The translations under genes and the position numbers were made by a program. The notes under the pieces are model-generated. The model ran no database searches, was not told the origin of the DNA, and saw only the letters and a program-made list of their open reading frames with translations. From a virus: 64,000 nucleotides of DNA. Below, one piece after another: positions 20,293-29,951 of this stretch (positions are counted from its first letter, which is position 1; each line of letters begins with the position of its first letter). The stretch covers positions 78,779-142,778 of IMG/VR virus record IMGVR_UViG_3300026445_000027. The stretch is one strand, 5' to 3'.

Positions 20293-21090
20293 TTAAAGCA
20301 TGGAGATCAATCCAGCCCGCTCTACCCCTTGGGGTAGGTTCATGATTGTAGACCGAACCCGAGCGGTACTAGTAGCTGTTGTCCAGTTGGATTCATCGGC
20401 GATGCGTTTTACTACCTCGCGGATCCCAGCGATACTAGCTTGGAAGTCCGTAGACTTATCACCAAATACCTGAATAGTAAGCCTGTTCAACGGAATGTTG
20501 TACAGTTTACTACCGCCTGTCAGTTTTGTGTTCCAATCAGGATAAGCCTTCAACACCCCCGTATAAGACTCTAATAGTTTTAGCCGCGTAGTGCCATTGG
20601 TTTCGCACAGATCCACTGGGTGGTGTGTCAATACAATACCGTTACCACTAAACACTGGCATACCTACGTCGGTTTCTACTATAAGCTTTTGGTATTTCTC
20701 AAAGACCCGATCACACGTGGCTTTGATTGTCTTTGCAATGGCCTGCTGTTTAGCAGTCCCCTTAGTATGATCTTTGATATCAGCCTTAGGGTACTTACTA
20801 GACAGGCTCTTGTAAGACGGGTAATAGATGACAAACTTCACGGGTTTGCCATTACGATGAGTTTCAACGTATTTGGCTAAGTAGGCAATATCTTCTGCTA
20901 CTTCCTTAGCCAACACGCTTGGATCATGATACTCGGAGTCTTCCTTTGTGTAGGACTCTTGAGCATTGCGCACCAAAGTACGCAGATTGAACAGGATAGA
21001 GTCGGTGTTTTTAAGCACCGACAAAGCCCCTTGTTCCAATGCCAAGGATGTCCCTACCGAGATTCCTAATGTACCGACGGTACGGCTCAT
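20293..21090 (-). CDS. Conserved hypothetical protein coupled to the SbcD-like nuclease (phiKZ gp66-like)
   Basis: 265 aa; ATGA overlap with the nuclease gene. Confidence 0.7.
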   Translation of the reverse strand: MSRTVGTLGISVGTSLALEQGALSVLKNTDSILFNLRTLVRNAQESYTKEDSEYHDPSVLAKEVAEDIAYLAKYVETHRNGKPVKFVIYYPSYKSLSSKYPKADIKDHTKGTAKQQAIAKTIKATCDRVFEKYQKLIVETDVGMPVFSGNGIVLTHHPVDLCETNGTTRLKLLESYTGVLKAYPDWNTKLTGGSKLYNIPLNRLTIQVFGDKSTDFQASIAGIREVVKRIADESNWTTATSTARVRSTIMNLPQGVERAGLISML

Positions 21091-22214
21091 GAGAATTCCT
21101 CCAGTACGGCCATTGCTTCGGCGTTTGATATGTTGTGTTTGGCCAAGTTGTCTTTGAACGACTGATCAGCTGCCAGTGACTTAGGCAGCGACTCTTTGGT
21201 CAACGATGTACCAGTGTAAACCTTGGTGGTAAACAGGTCCTCGTCAATCAACTCATCGTCATTCTTTTCGTTCTTAGCCTTGATGTGGAAGTACGGGTAC
21301 TCTTTACTGAGCATGCTGATTACAGGGTTGACCACCATTGCGCTACCACCCATAACCCGGATCTGGGAGTGGTGTGGTAACTTGCGCTTCTGGATGAAAT
21401 CGTGCAGGTCTGTAATCAGGTCGCCAGCGGTGATATCAGGTGACACTTCCATGGTGAGGTAGGGTAAGGCACCTTTATTCTCCCAGAAATTGATATCACA
21501 CTTACCGGCTTTCAAATCGAAGTCCACAACCAATCCACCCTTAGGGTGTTCTTCGCCATGCCCACCACGGTCGAAGGAGCCAGACGTCGCTAGCTTACCT
21601 CTACGGACGGGGGTGTGGATATGGCCAGCCAGGATGCAGTACCGAGTAATGGACTCCCAGCGTTCTAGGTTGTGGCACTTGTGTCGCATTTTGGCAACTA
21701 ACTGGAACTCAAATGCACCGTGGAAGTGGATTTGGTCCACCATATCTAGACCGGCGTCTTGCAGTACCTTTAAAGCAAGGTCCCAGACCTCATCAGGAGT
21801 TAAGGCTCCCATGTTGTCTGGAACGTACATCACTGTCAGACCATCGAGGTGTTCGTAGGTAACGATACTCAGAGTATCGATATAACGCACATCTAGGCCC
21901 GGTGGAGCGAGATTAAGGAAATGTCGTGGCTGACACCAGTCGTGCGACGAAGTCCCTTCTAACCACACCACAGTGGCTTTAGGATTAACCTTATAAAGAT
22001 GATGCAGGAAATCCTTAGCCCAATCGAATACCACATGGGTATCTTGGTGCGGTAACTCTACCATGCGTTCAAAGAAATCACCACCGAAGGTGATCATGTC
22101 CACTTTAGCAAGGTCATGATCTTTACGCAGAAACGTAGTGAGGTTATTCAGTACGTGTGTGGTCGGCGTATTTTGGTGGAAGGTGTGGTGATCACTGCTC
22201 CATAACAAACGCAT
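21087..22214 (-). CDS. Mre11/SbcD-like metallophosphoesterase nuclease
   Basis: Motifs SDHH, GGDFF, GTSSHD, FHG, GHIH. Confidence 0.88.
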   Translation of the reverse strand: MRLLWSSDHHTFHQNTPTTHVLNNLTTFLRKDHDLAKVDMITFGGDFFERMVELPHQDTHVVFDWAKDFLHHLYKVNPKATVVWLEGTSSHDWCQPRHFLNLAPPGLDVRYIDTLSIVTYEHLDGLTVMYVPDNMGALTPDEVWDLALKVLQDAGLDMVDQIHFHGAFEFQLVAKMRHKCHNLERWESITRYCILAGHIHTPVRRGKLATSGSFDRGGHGEEHPKGGLVVDFDLKAGKCDINFWENKGALPYLTMEVSPDITAGDLITDLHDFIQKRKLPHHSQIRVMGGSAMVVNPVISMLSKEYPYFHIKAKNEKNDDELIDEDLFTTKVYTGTSLTKESLPKSLAADQSFKDNLAKHNISNAEAMAVLEEFS

Positions 22215-22231
22215 TGTAGTTCCTTATTTAC

Positions 22232-23014
22232 TTAGCACTCCAGCGGGTCGTAATCTTGTTGCGCACCGGGAGTATCATTTACTTTGGTTTCGGATTTAGC
22301 CGCACCAGTGCCGAAGTCGATATTCCACTGCTCTTTAACCAGCTTGTTGATGAACTCTTTGTCCTCGTTGGACACGTGCTCATTACGGAAAGCAGCATAA
22401 AGAATAGGACGAGCACGGGTCAGCAGCGACTCATCGATCTGTTCGTTGTGAATGTTGTCACGGATGAACCAGATCTGACCTTCTACGTCCGGGATGATGT
22501 TGTTTTTGGCGTAGTACCAGTCAGACACCATGTCGGTGATAGTCCGTGGCTTAACGTTAGCCAGGGAGTTCTCGGAGAGTTCTGCCAACTGCGCCGAAGC
22601 CATCGGGTCAGCCGAACGTTGCGAGTCAGCCGAGATCTGTTTGATCGCCTGCTCGATGTGACGGAACATGCGGTACTGCTCAGGGCCCAAGTTGTTGGAA
22701 ACCAGCGGGGGAATGATCAGCATTGGTTTGTTGTCTTTGTCGATGATCATCACCGATTGCAGACCGTCAGCCGACAGGTCCAGCCACTCTTGGGTGTTGA
22801 AGTAGTTGCGACCGTTACGACGACCCAGAGCAAACTGGATCAGCCACTTGGCCTTGAACTCGTCTTCGTCCATGACCGTGGAGACGTTGAAGGGCACGGT
22901 CTCACCTTTGGCGGTCATCATGCGCTTGCCGTCTACTTCGGATACGGTGTAATCTTTCAGCCACCCGAAGGACTCTTCGATGATGCGCTGTTTGGTGGTC
23001 ATTGGTTGAGTCAT
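22232..23014 (-). CDS. Conserved hypothetical protein
   Basis: 260 aa in the chimallin core block. Confidence 0.75.
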   Translation of the reverse strand: MTQPMTTKQRIIEESFGWLKDYTVSEVDGKRMMTAKGETVPFNVSTVMDEDEFKAKWLIQFALGRRNGRNYFNTQEWLDLSADGLQSVMIIDKDNKPMLIIPPLVSNNLGPEQYRMFRHIEQAIKQISADSQRSADPMASAQLAELSENSLANVKPRTITDMVSDWYYAKNNIIPDVEGQIWFIRDNIHNEQIDESLLTRARPILYAAFRNEHVSNEDKEFINKLVKEQWNIDFGTGAAKSETKVNDTPGAQQDYDPLEC

Positions 23015-23418
23015 CGTGCTAATCTCTCTTCGTCAAGGATGCGGTATTGTTCACCGGTTTTCTCAATGGTGCGCCCTAAATCATAGACCTTGCCGTCAAC
23101 AAATACTCTTATGTCCAACTGGACAGTGTACAGTGACCTGGACTCTCTGATGTACTTGTAGGTCACAGTTACCTCAGACCCTGGGAACATCTCGTCCATG
23201 TAGCTCTTGAGCTCCTGGTTGGCTTTCTCAACCAGTTTCTCTGGGGTGTTACCGTATTTCATGAACAGGTAAAAGAAACTTGGCACCTGTCCGATTACTT
23301 TACCCTGGTTACGGCGACTCTCTAACCAGTAGGTAAAATGTTTGGCTAACGCAGTCTCTACCGACTGGGTTTCCCAACCAACACTGGAATCCATCGAACC
23401 TAAACAAAAAGTAGACAT
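23011..23418 (-). CDS. Conserved hypothetical protein
   Basis: Start moved to ATG 23418 (MSTFCLG); the longer ORF start runs through a hairpin and A-tract. Confidence 0.65.
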   Translation of the reverse strand: MSTFCLGSMDSSVGWETQSVETALAKHFTYWLESRRNQGKVIGQVPSFFYLFMKYGNTPEKLVEKANQELKSYMDEMFPGSEVTVTYKYIRESRSLYTVQLDIRVFVDGKVYDLGRTIEKTGEQYRILDEERLAR

Positions 23419-23471
23419 TACGCTATACCCGCTAGTGGTTATCGTAAAATCGAAAAAAAAATAAACAGTTG

Positions 23472-23499
23472 GGCTAAGGGGTGTTGCCACCCCCTAGCT
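23472..23499 (-). terminator. Hairpin plus U-tract terminator
   Basis: GGCTAAGGGGTG-ttgc-CACCCCCTAGCT followed on the minus strand by CTGTTTATTTTTTTT. Confidence 0.65.
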
Positions 23500-23506
23500 T
23501 TACAAC

Positions 23507-24124
23507 TTACTGCTCGCTAACTACGTCGTCGTCTTCCGACTTAACATTGAACAACCCTTGCGCACGATGGTAGTCAGTTGCCTTCCAGGTGCGGTGGATC
23601 GAGTCGAGGTCACTGAACGACACCTGAGTACCACCAGTGTCGAAGAAGTGACTGTGCGACAACGTGTGTTTGCCGTCTACTGTTTGCAAGTCCAGGATCC
23701 CGTGCATCGCTTTACGATAGAACGGGTTGGCAATACCCACACCTTTACAAGTGGCATGAGTGTCTGTCAGACCTTCGATCAACCCATCCAGCTTAGCCTG
23801 CATGTGAAGCGGGTTAGCCATGATGTAGTTGGCCATCAGTCCCTGAGCTGACATGATGTCGTTTGCGTAACCAATGAAACCGATGTCGAAACGACCAATG
23901 TGGGCACGCCCACCCTGCGATAGCAAGCGACGACCGAATTCCCAGGCACGCGAGTTCAGGAAGTTATTGAAACCATCCAGAATCTTCGTAGCCTGTCCGG
24001 CCAGCCAGCCACCAGCAGCTTGTACAGCGGCGACATTTTGGTTGACGTAAGCAGCATTCTGCGCAATCTGCTGATCGGTAAAGCTACCCGACATCGCATA
24101 TGCAAATGCATGAGCGCTGTTCAT
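23507..24124 (-). CDS. Conserved hypothetical protein downstream of nvRNAP beta'-N (possibly phiKZ gp59-like)
   Basis: 205 aa; GGGAGG RBS; synteny only. Confidence 0.65.
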   Translation of the reverse strand: MNSAHAFAYAMSGSFTDQQIAQNAAYVNQNVAAVQAAGGWLAGQATKILDGFNNFLNSRAWEFGRRLLSQGGRAHIGRFDIGFIGYANDIMSAQGLMANYIMANPLHMQAKLDGLIEGLTDTHATCKGVGIANPFYRKAMHGILDLQTVDGKHTLSHSHFFDTGGTQVSFSDLDSIHRTWKATDYHRAQGLFNVKSEDDDVVSEQ

Positions 24125-24147
24125 TGCCTAAGCCTCCCTAGTACGGA

Positions 24148-25770
24148 TTAATCAATAATGGCATGCGTATGCATCAGTGTGTTCAAGTTCATCAGGTTGG
24201 TAGCCGTTTGCGAGGCATAGTCACCTACCTTGAACGGATTGTTCCGATCCAACGTCTGGTGATGACCCCAACCACCATACGCTTTTGCTTTGGATTCGTT
24301 ATCCACCAATACAACCGCATAGATTTGGTCACCATCGAAGTCGGCGTTCTGGATCTTAACACCCAAGATTGGGAGTTTGAACGATTCGTCTTCGAGGTCC
24401 CGGTTTACCCCAAACTTAAAGGTACGGCAACTCAGGTATTCGATCGATGGATTTCGACCTGCCTGAATCAAGCACTTGTTGTTCTCTTCCATGTCGCGGA
24501 AGAACTCATCAATCAACGGATCGATATGATAAGCCGCCTGCTTAATGCGGGCCAGTGCTTGATACGGGGTGTGACCACGACGGTACAGATAGTTCTTGAT
24601 GTGGATTTCCAACATCGAGATTGCCATTTTCCACGGCACTATCAGCAAGTCAGGATCAATTACACCAGTTTGCGACGTAATAATAGACCGGCCAGTGAAA
24701 GGAACCGATCCAGACGCGCAGTGTTTCCGGTTTAAGCCATGTTTCTCAAACAGCCCTTTCGGGTTGTTCGTCGACCGGTACTGCTCGGACAACATTACCA
24801 GAGTCTTGCCTACCGTCTCGGCGTTCTTCTGGAGTTCCGCTTCGGTCAGCTGATGGCAGATGTTGGACTTGAGAGAGTCCACCAACGTGACATACATAGC
24901 CGCCGTGATTGGCTGATACGAATACGAGAACGTATCTTTACCAGATTTCTCCAGGATGGTGCTGTAGCGGTTTGGCACTTTCATGTAATACGGGAAGGCA
25001 ATGTCTTTATTGCGCTCCCACACTTCCATGTAAGCAGGACCCTCTTTGGTATCCTTGAAATACTTACGACCCGGGCCTATCAGGATGTACTCCATCAAGG
25101 CATCAGCATTACGGTAGAACGTGTTGATGTTGAACTCGGAAATACCCAAGGTTTCGAACATGTTGCGCAGAACGATACCGGTCGTGTTGCGGTTCTTGTC
25201 GACTTCTCGACGGTAATCCTTATCTAGGAAATACCACGGCACACAGACTTTAGGGCTACCTATTGCGATGTTGCTGAAAAACGTTGCCAGAAACCCGAGG
25301 TTGACGAAACGGTCTACCCCTTCTGGTGCTTTCAGCCAGAGTTTGGTTTTATCTCCTTTATTAAGGAATTTCTCTGGTGGATCACCACATCGATCACAGA
25401 TCTGCGGGCGGTCTTCGCGCAAGCGGAAGTTACCACGCAAATGTCCACACGAACACTTGGCAATAGTTTCGAAGCTATTACCACTGAACTCCATGCGGGT
25501 TAAACGTCCCAGGGTTTCCCGGTGTTCTTCCAGCTTGAGGTCCAGGTCATTCAGGTAGATCGGCCGCAGCTTGCTGGTGTCGTGCAGGTAGTCGTAGTTC
25601 TCGAAGTCCGGATAAAGGGGCTTGGAGTACCGCGGGTCATCCGTTACGATCCCACCGAAGGGAGCAGCAAACTTATTAAAGAAAGGCATCGGATCGATGC
25701 GTTCTTCACTGTAACTTGTCAGTAACGCAATGGCTTTGGCGTTTGACTCATTAATAGCAGGTAGTTCCAT
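24148..25770 (-). CDS. Non-virion RNA polymerase beta' N-terminal catalytic subunit (phiKZ gp55-56.1-like), uninterrupted
   Basis: Zn ribbon CSCG...CDRC, GRSII, GRNPS, catalytic NADFDGD. Confidence 0.95.
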   Translation of the reverse strand: MELPAINESNAKAIALLTSYSEERIDPMPFFNKFAAPFGGIVTDDPRYSKPLYPDFENYDYLHDTSKLRPIYLNDLDLKLEEHRETLGRLTRMEFSGNSFETIAKCSCGHLRGNFRLREDRPQICDRCGDPPEKFLNKGDKTKLWLKAPEGVDRFVNLGFLATFFSNIAIGSPKVCVPWYFLDKDYRREVDKNRNTTGIVLRNMFETLGISEFNINTFYRNADALMEYILIGPGRKYFKDTKEGPAYMEVWERNKDIAFPYYMKVPNRYSTILEKSGKDTFSYSYQPITAAMYVTLVDSLKSNICHQLTEAELQKNAETVGKTLVMLSEQYRSTNNPKGLFEKHGLNRKHCASGSVPFTGRSIITSQTGVIDPDLLIVPWKMAISMLEIHIKNYLYRRGHTPYQALARIKQAAYHIDPLIDEFFRDMEENNKCLIQAGRNPSIEYLSCRTFKFGVNRDLEDESFKLPILGVKIQNADFDGDQIYAVVLVDNESKAKAYGGWGHHQTLDRNNPFKVGDYASQTATNLMNLNTLMHTHAIID

Positions 25771-25802
25771 GGCGAACCCCTAAAAACTAAAAAGCAGAAT
25801 AG

Positions 25803-25832
25803 AGGCTAGGGAGGCGCGAACCCCCCTAGCCT
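25803..25832 (-). terminator. Hairpin downstream of chimallin
   Basis: AGGCTAGGGAGG-cgcgaa-CCCCCCTAGCCT. Confidence 0.65.
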
Positions 25833-25858
25833 TTATTCAGTTAAAGGCCAAAACCTTA

Positions 25859-27919
25859 TTAGTACAGCGGGGTGAAGAAGTTCACCGACTGACCGGCTTG
25901 GACGATCGGGCTGTTGCTACCAGCAGCCACAGTAGTAGCCAGGCCGATACCAGGCGCGAACGCCAGGCGGTTGGTCTGGAAGCTACCCAGGTTGTTGGCG
26001 GCGTTCAGGTTGCCGATACCGTTCATCGCTTCGGCCATGGCAGCCATGAAGTCCGGAGCGAAGATCGCCGAGTTGCCGAAGGCGTTGATGTGGTTGTGAC
26101 CGTCGAACAGCGAGGACGATTGCTCGATCCGCAGTTTCTGCGAACGTTGCTTGAAGTCTTCCTGCTGTGCGTTGCCGTAGACCAGACCCAGGTAGTTCTC
26201 GATCGACGCTTTCGCGGCAGCCGAGTTGCCAGGCTTGGCGTTGCAGATGAACATTTCGTCCACTTCTTGGGTGTTGATGTGACGCTCGCGGTCGTCCTTG
26301 CCACCAGGGGTAACGGCCAGACCGTTGACAACGATGGAGTTGGACTGGATCAGGATCGGCTTGGTTTGAGCCGGGAACCAGCCGCGATCGGCTGCACGGT
26401 TCTTCGCGATGACTTCCGAGAAGCGCTTGTTGGTCATCGAGTCGATCAGTGCCACAACAACCTTGACAGCCTTGGCGTTGTCCGAACCCACCAGCTTGCG
26501 CATGAAGTTGATGATCGGAGCATCCGGACCGTTCGAGATCAGGTTGATCTTGAACACCGCGTGGGCCGCCACGTTCTGACGGATCCAGTTGGTGACGAAG
26601 TCGGTGTCGTTGATGTTCTTCTCGTTCAGCGGCGGACGGATCTGAGGGTTCAGGATCTGCGCTGCGCCAGGCATGTTCTGCACCATCATCTGGATCCGGG
26701 TCTCCAGACCGGCCAGCGAACCACGACCACCTACGTGTTGCTTACGCAGTGCGTCGGCGAAGACGTACTGGTTGTTGGTGGTCATCAGCGCGAACAGGCC
26801 GAAGAAGAACGGATACAGACCGCCGTTACCACGCATCATTTCACCGGCAGTGACGGTGTCGATGGTGATTTCCGGCTGCAGCGGACGGTAGGCACCTGGC
26901 CAGATGTTCTGACCCAGAGCGAACACGCTGGAACCCATGAAGCTTTGCAGGGCCTGCATGTAGTCGTTGCTTTGAGCGCGGGCCATCATGCGAGCAGCGT
27001 ATTCTTCGTACGCGGTACCGATCAGCGACACGGTTGCGGTAACACGAGCGATCTCGCGGGTGTTGACCGGGTTGTACTGCTGGGTGTTGTTGCCGTTGGC
27101 GTTCATGGTAGTCACGATGACTTCCATGTTGGCTGGCGACAGGGTCTTGCCGTCGGTCAGACGTTCCTGGATGGCTTGTACGCGAGCTTCCGCAGTACGG
27201 TCTTTGCCGTAAGGGGAATCAGGTTCCAGCCATGGGGACGGAATGTCCATGCCCATTTCGACGATTTTCTCAGCACCGTATACCAGCAGGGCCTTCTCCC
27301 ACTGACGGGCCAGGTACATGGCCAGGTAGTGCGGTTGGTCCTTGGTTTCGCCGGCTTGTGGATGCTTGAGCATTTCCATGTCGACAACCACCAGGTTGAC
27401 GATTTCAACGGCGTTGGCGCCCTTGGTCTTGGCGGCCGAGTCGTAGTGCTCTTTCAGGCGATCAACGAACTGCTTGTTGATCTGTGCCGAAGGAGTGATC
27501 GGAATCGAAACGCGTTGCTGCTGGCCGGCGGCGACGTTGATGGTGATGTGCTCGGTACCGATCGAGTTGTCACGGTCCGAGAACAGCGCCGCCATGATGT
27601 ACATCACACCTTCGATGACGGTGTAGAAGCCCAGGCCTGGCAGTTGTGCCGAGATGTTGGTGGTCAGGTGTTCGATGGTTGGTACGATCTGACGTTGCTT
27701 GGCGTCAGTGGTGGAAGTGTTAATGTTCTTGTAGATGTGGTCGGTCAGGACCTCATATACTTCGGTAACGATCTTGAGGTTCCGGGTGTCCGAAACCAGG
27801 GAGTTCATACCGAAGAGTTGAGCCAGAAGACCGCTCGCATTGTTGGACGGGCCCGATGGCTTGCTACCACCGTTGTTGTCGGCCCAGCCACCGTATTCGT
27901 TTTCTTTATCAAGAGCCAT
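25859..27919 (-). CDS. chmA: Chimallin, phage nuclear shell protein
   Basis: 686 aa with strong high-expression codon bias; directly upstream of nvRNAP beta'-N (the conserved ChmA position); early promoter upstream. Confidence 0.85.
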   Translation of the reverse strand: MALDKENEYGGWADNNGGSKPSGPSNNASGLLAQLFGMNSLVSDTRNLKIVTEVYEVLTDHIYKNINTSTTDAKQRQIVPTIEHLTTNISAQLPGLGFYTVIEGVMYIMAALFSDRDNSIGTEHITINVAAGQQQRVSIPITPSAQINKQFVDRLKEHYDSAAKTKGANAVEIVNLVVVDMEMLKHPQAGETKDQPHYLAMYLARQWEKALLVYGAEKIVEMGMDIPSPWLEPDSPYGKDRTAEARVQAIQERLTDGKTLSPANMEVIVTTMNANGNNTQQYNPVNTREIARVTATVSLIGTAYEEYAARMMARAQSNDYMQALQSFMGSSVFALGQNIWPGAYRPLQPEITIDTVTAGEMMRGNGGLYPFFFGLFALMTTNNQYVFADALRKQHVGGRGSLAGLETRIQMMVQNMPGAAQILNPQIRPPLNEKNINDTDFVTNWIRQNVAAHAVFKINLISNGPDAPIINFMRKLVGSDNAKAVKVVVALIDSMTNKRFSEVIAKNRAADRGWFPAQTKPILIQSNSIVVNGLAVTPGGKDDRERHINTQEVDEMFICNAKPGNSAAAKASIENYLGLVYGNAQQEDFKQRSQKLRIEQSSSLFDGHNHINAFGNSAIFAPDFMAAMAEAMNGIGNLNAANNLGSFQTNRLAFAPGIGLATTVAAGSNSPIVQAGQSVNFFTPLY

Positions 27920-28000
27920 GGAAGTTTTTCCTTTTACTATCTTCGAAGATTTGCTAGCGGTTATATCACATAAAGATAATCTTTACTGTGATTCATTGTA

Positions 28001-28020
28001 GTAATACAGGTTTGAAATAT
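28001..28020 (-). promoter_or_regulatory. Phage early promoter of chimallin
   Basis: Minus strand ATATTTCAAACCTGTATTAC. Confidence 0.7.
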
Positions 28021-28156
28021 TCTTGGCCTAAGCAAATGCTATAGGTTTAGACACCAAACTATATCACCAAATTTCCAAACTGCGTGGGGGTCCCTCCTGG
28101 AGTTTCCTCCAGGAGTACTTTCCTATATAATGGAAACACACTGAGATTATACCTAC

Positions 28157-29251
28157 ATGCAAACTCTAACGTTTCCGACTGCAGGTAGTTACATTTACCC
28201 AATGAAGCATTACCCTGGGATGAACAACCTGCGCAGGGTTACTACTTTCAATGAGCGTGCGTTCCGTGGTTACGTTGATCAGAACCCGTTCAACCTGGAG
28301 AACCAACACTTGTTGGTGGGGATCCTCCAGCAGCTGGCAATCGATCCTGAGTGGGATCTAGACTACGTTGTCAGCTATACGCGGTTCCGTTCTAATAGCT
28401 TAGCAACCGTGTTTAAAATTAATTCCATCAGTGGTGTAGGCGAACCTATAAAGGACGGCCTGTACCGTGAGGGTACCACTGAGCTGTGGGGTTTACTGGA
28501 ACACGATAAGGTTTATCCGCAGACTATCCGTTTGGAAGACCTGCGACCTGTCGTTCCAGTTTACACCAATATACTGAAACGTGGGTATAAACTTACTGTT
28601 GAGCGATCACTCAATCCCACCCATCGTGGTTTTGATATGGCCGTCATTGGGTTGAACCTGGTAGAGCTAGCCATTGGCTGGTGGCTGTACATGCGGGAAG
28701 ACCGTGATCGTGACACGGGGATCCATGCGTACCTGTGTAAGTATCCTCTTTATTACGCGCAACTGATGCACAACCAGGGGTTAACGGTAAACTATCTGTA
28801 CGAGTTCTTTGTCCGTGGGGTTCCTTTAAAGGACTTGTGGGAGATGGAGCAAGTCAAGTTTACTACGCTGGGTGAGGAGAAGCTATATAAAGAGTATTTC
28901 AGTTTCCGAGTGGATTTCCTGACTAGCCGTAAGCTGGTGGATATCGGTCATCTGGTAGCCAGTGTGGATAACATATACCATCCGAATTACTTCAACTATG
29001 AGGACGGTGGACGCAATAAGTTGTTATCCCAAACCCGCTGGTTATGGGAACCTAACTCGATCAGGTGGTACAGTATTTACTTTGCCATCTGTAACGCTCT
29101 AGGGCATCCTGTGGGCGATGTTAAGGCTCGATTGAAGCGTACCCTACCGATTGTGCACGAAGGCTTCAATAAGTGCCCTTCCACCTTATGTAGGGAAAGT
29201 TTCAAAAGGGAATCCTTGGAACTGCACCGCTTAATACTAAAAAACAAATAA
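28157..29251 (+). CDS. Conserved hypothetical protein divergent from chimallin (phiKZ gp52-like)
   Basis: 364 aa; conserved position between DNA polymerase and chmA. Confidence 0.7.
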   Translation: MQTLTFPTAGSYIYPMKHYPGMNNLRRVTTFNERAFRGYVDQNPFNLENQHLLVGILQQLAIDPEWDLDYVVSYTRFRSNSLATVFKINSISGVGEPIKDGLYREGTTELWGLLEHDKVYPQTIRLEDLRPVVPVYTNILKRGYKLTVERSLNPTHRGFDMAVIGLNLVELAIGWWLYMREDRDRDTGIHAYLCKYPLYYAQLMHNQGLTVNYLYEFFVRGVPLKDLWEMEQVKFTTLGEEKLYKEYFSFRVDFLTSRKLVDIGHLVASVDNIYHPNYFNYEDGGRNKLLSQTRWLWEPNSIRWYSIYFAICNALGHPVGDVKARLKRTLPIVHEGFNKCPSTLCRESFKRESLELHRLILKNK

Positions 29252-29263
29252 AAAGTTGTTTAA

Positions 29264-29305
29264 TATAACCTACCCTAGCCCCGTCAAGGGCTAGGGTAGG
29301 TTATA
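29264..29305. terminator. Hairpin between convergent genes
   Basis: TATAACCTACCCTAGCCC-cgtcaa-GGGCTAGGGTAGGTTATA (18-bp stem). Confidence 0.8.
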
Positions 29306-29313
29306 CCAATTAT

Positions 29314-29517
29314 TCATGCTGCTACCTTCACAACAGTGCTCAGAGCATTGATCTTTGCAGTCAACTTGTTCATCTCTTTGCACAGCAACCGGTACTCTTT
29401 ATCCAAGCATACACCTGGACCTTCTTCCCGGAACCAAGCACTACGTTTAGCATTCAGTGCTTCGCGTTCTTTGATCAGGTTAGCAACAGTGTTTACTTCA
29501 AAGTCGAAAATGGACAT
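29314..29517 (-). CDS. Small early hypothetical protein
   Basis: 67 aa; AGGAG RBS; own promoter-like motif and terminator. Confidence 0.65.
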   Translation of the reverse strand: MSIFDFEVNTVANLIKEREALNAKRSAWFREEGPGVCLDKEYRLLCKEMNKLTAKINALSTVVKVAA

Positions 29518-29577
29518 GGTGAACTCCTAGGGTGTTAGTGTAGTGAACCAAATGGTTTACTGACCTTATACACCCTA

Positions 29578-29592
29578 GTTATATAGACCCAA
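29578..29592 (-). promoter_or_regulatory. Phage early-type promoter (variant)
   Basis: Minus strand TTGGGTCTATATAAC. Confidence 0.4.
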
Positions 29593-29612
29593 GACTCCCT
29601 AGAAGTTAAACC

Positions 29613-29951
29613 CTAGTAAGTTCCATCCGACCGGGCCGAACGCTTGTCCTCGAGCATACTCCAATAACGTTCTGGAGTTACCACAATAACTGCACCTAAT
29701 TTACCGTTTATGAGTTTGAGGAATTCCTCGATGTCCTCTTCTCTCTTAAAGTAAAGTTGGTGATCTTGATCACATTCGTAGTACTCCAAGTAAGTTTCCT
29801 TGGTTACCTCAAAACCGTATTCAAGCTTCTCTGCGGAGGGATCAAGAAAATATTCGTTGAGGGCGTCTTCATAATTGAAAGCGCCTTCAGCAGCGAACTC
29901 TAGTCCAGACCCCTTATGTTTGTAGTACGCCAGCGATGGATCAATGTTCAT
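29613..29951 (-). CDS. Hypothetical protein
   Basis: Start moved to ATG 29951 (MNIDPS), overlapping the polymerase stop. Confidence 0.6.
   Translation of the reverse strand: MNIDPSLAYYKHKGSGLEFAAEGAFNYEDALNEYFLDPSAEKLEYGFEVTKETYLEYYECDQDHQLYFKREEDIEEFLKLINGKLGAVIVVTPERYWSMLEDKRSARSDGTY

Noticed and set aside
25898-27973. 691-aa antisense ORF over chimallin (also 2237-3607, 14746-16038, 15887-17473, 34767-35912, 2-559)
   Set aside because: Same antisense shadow effect; each mirrors a well-supported gene on the other strand.
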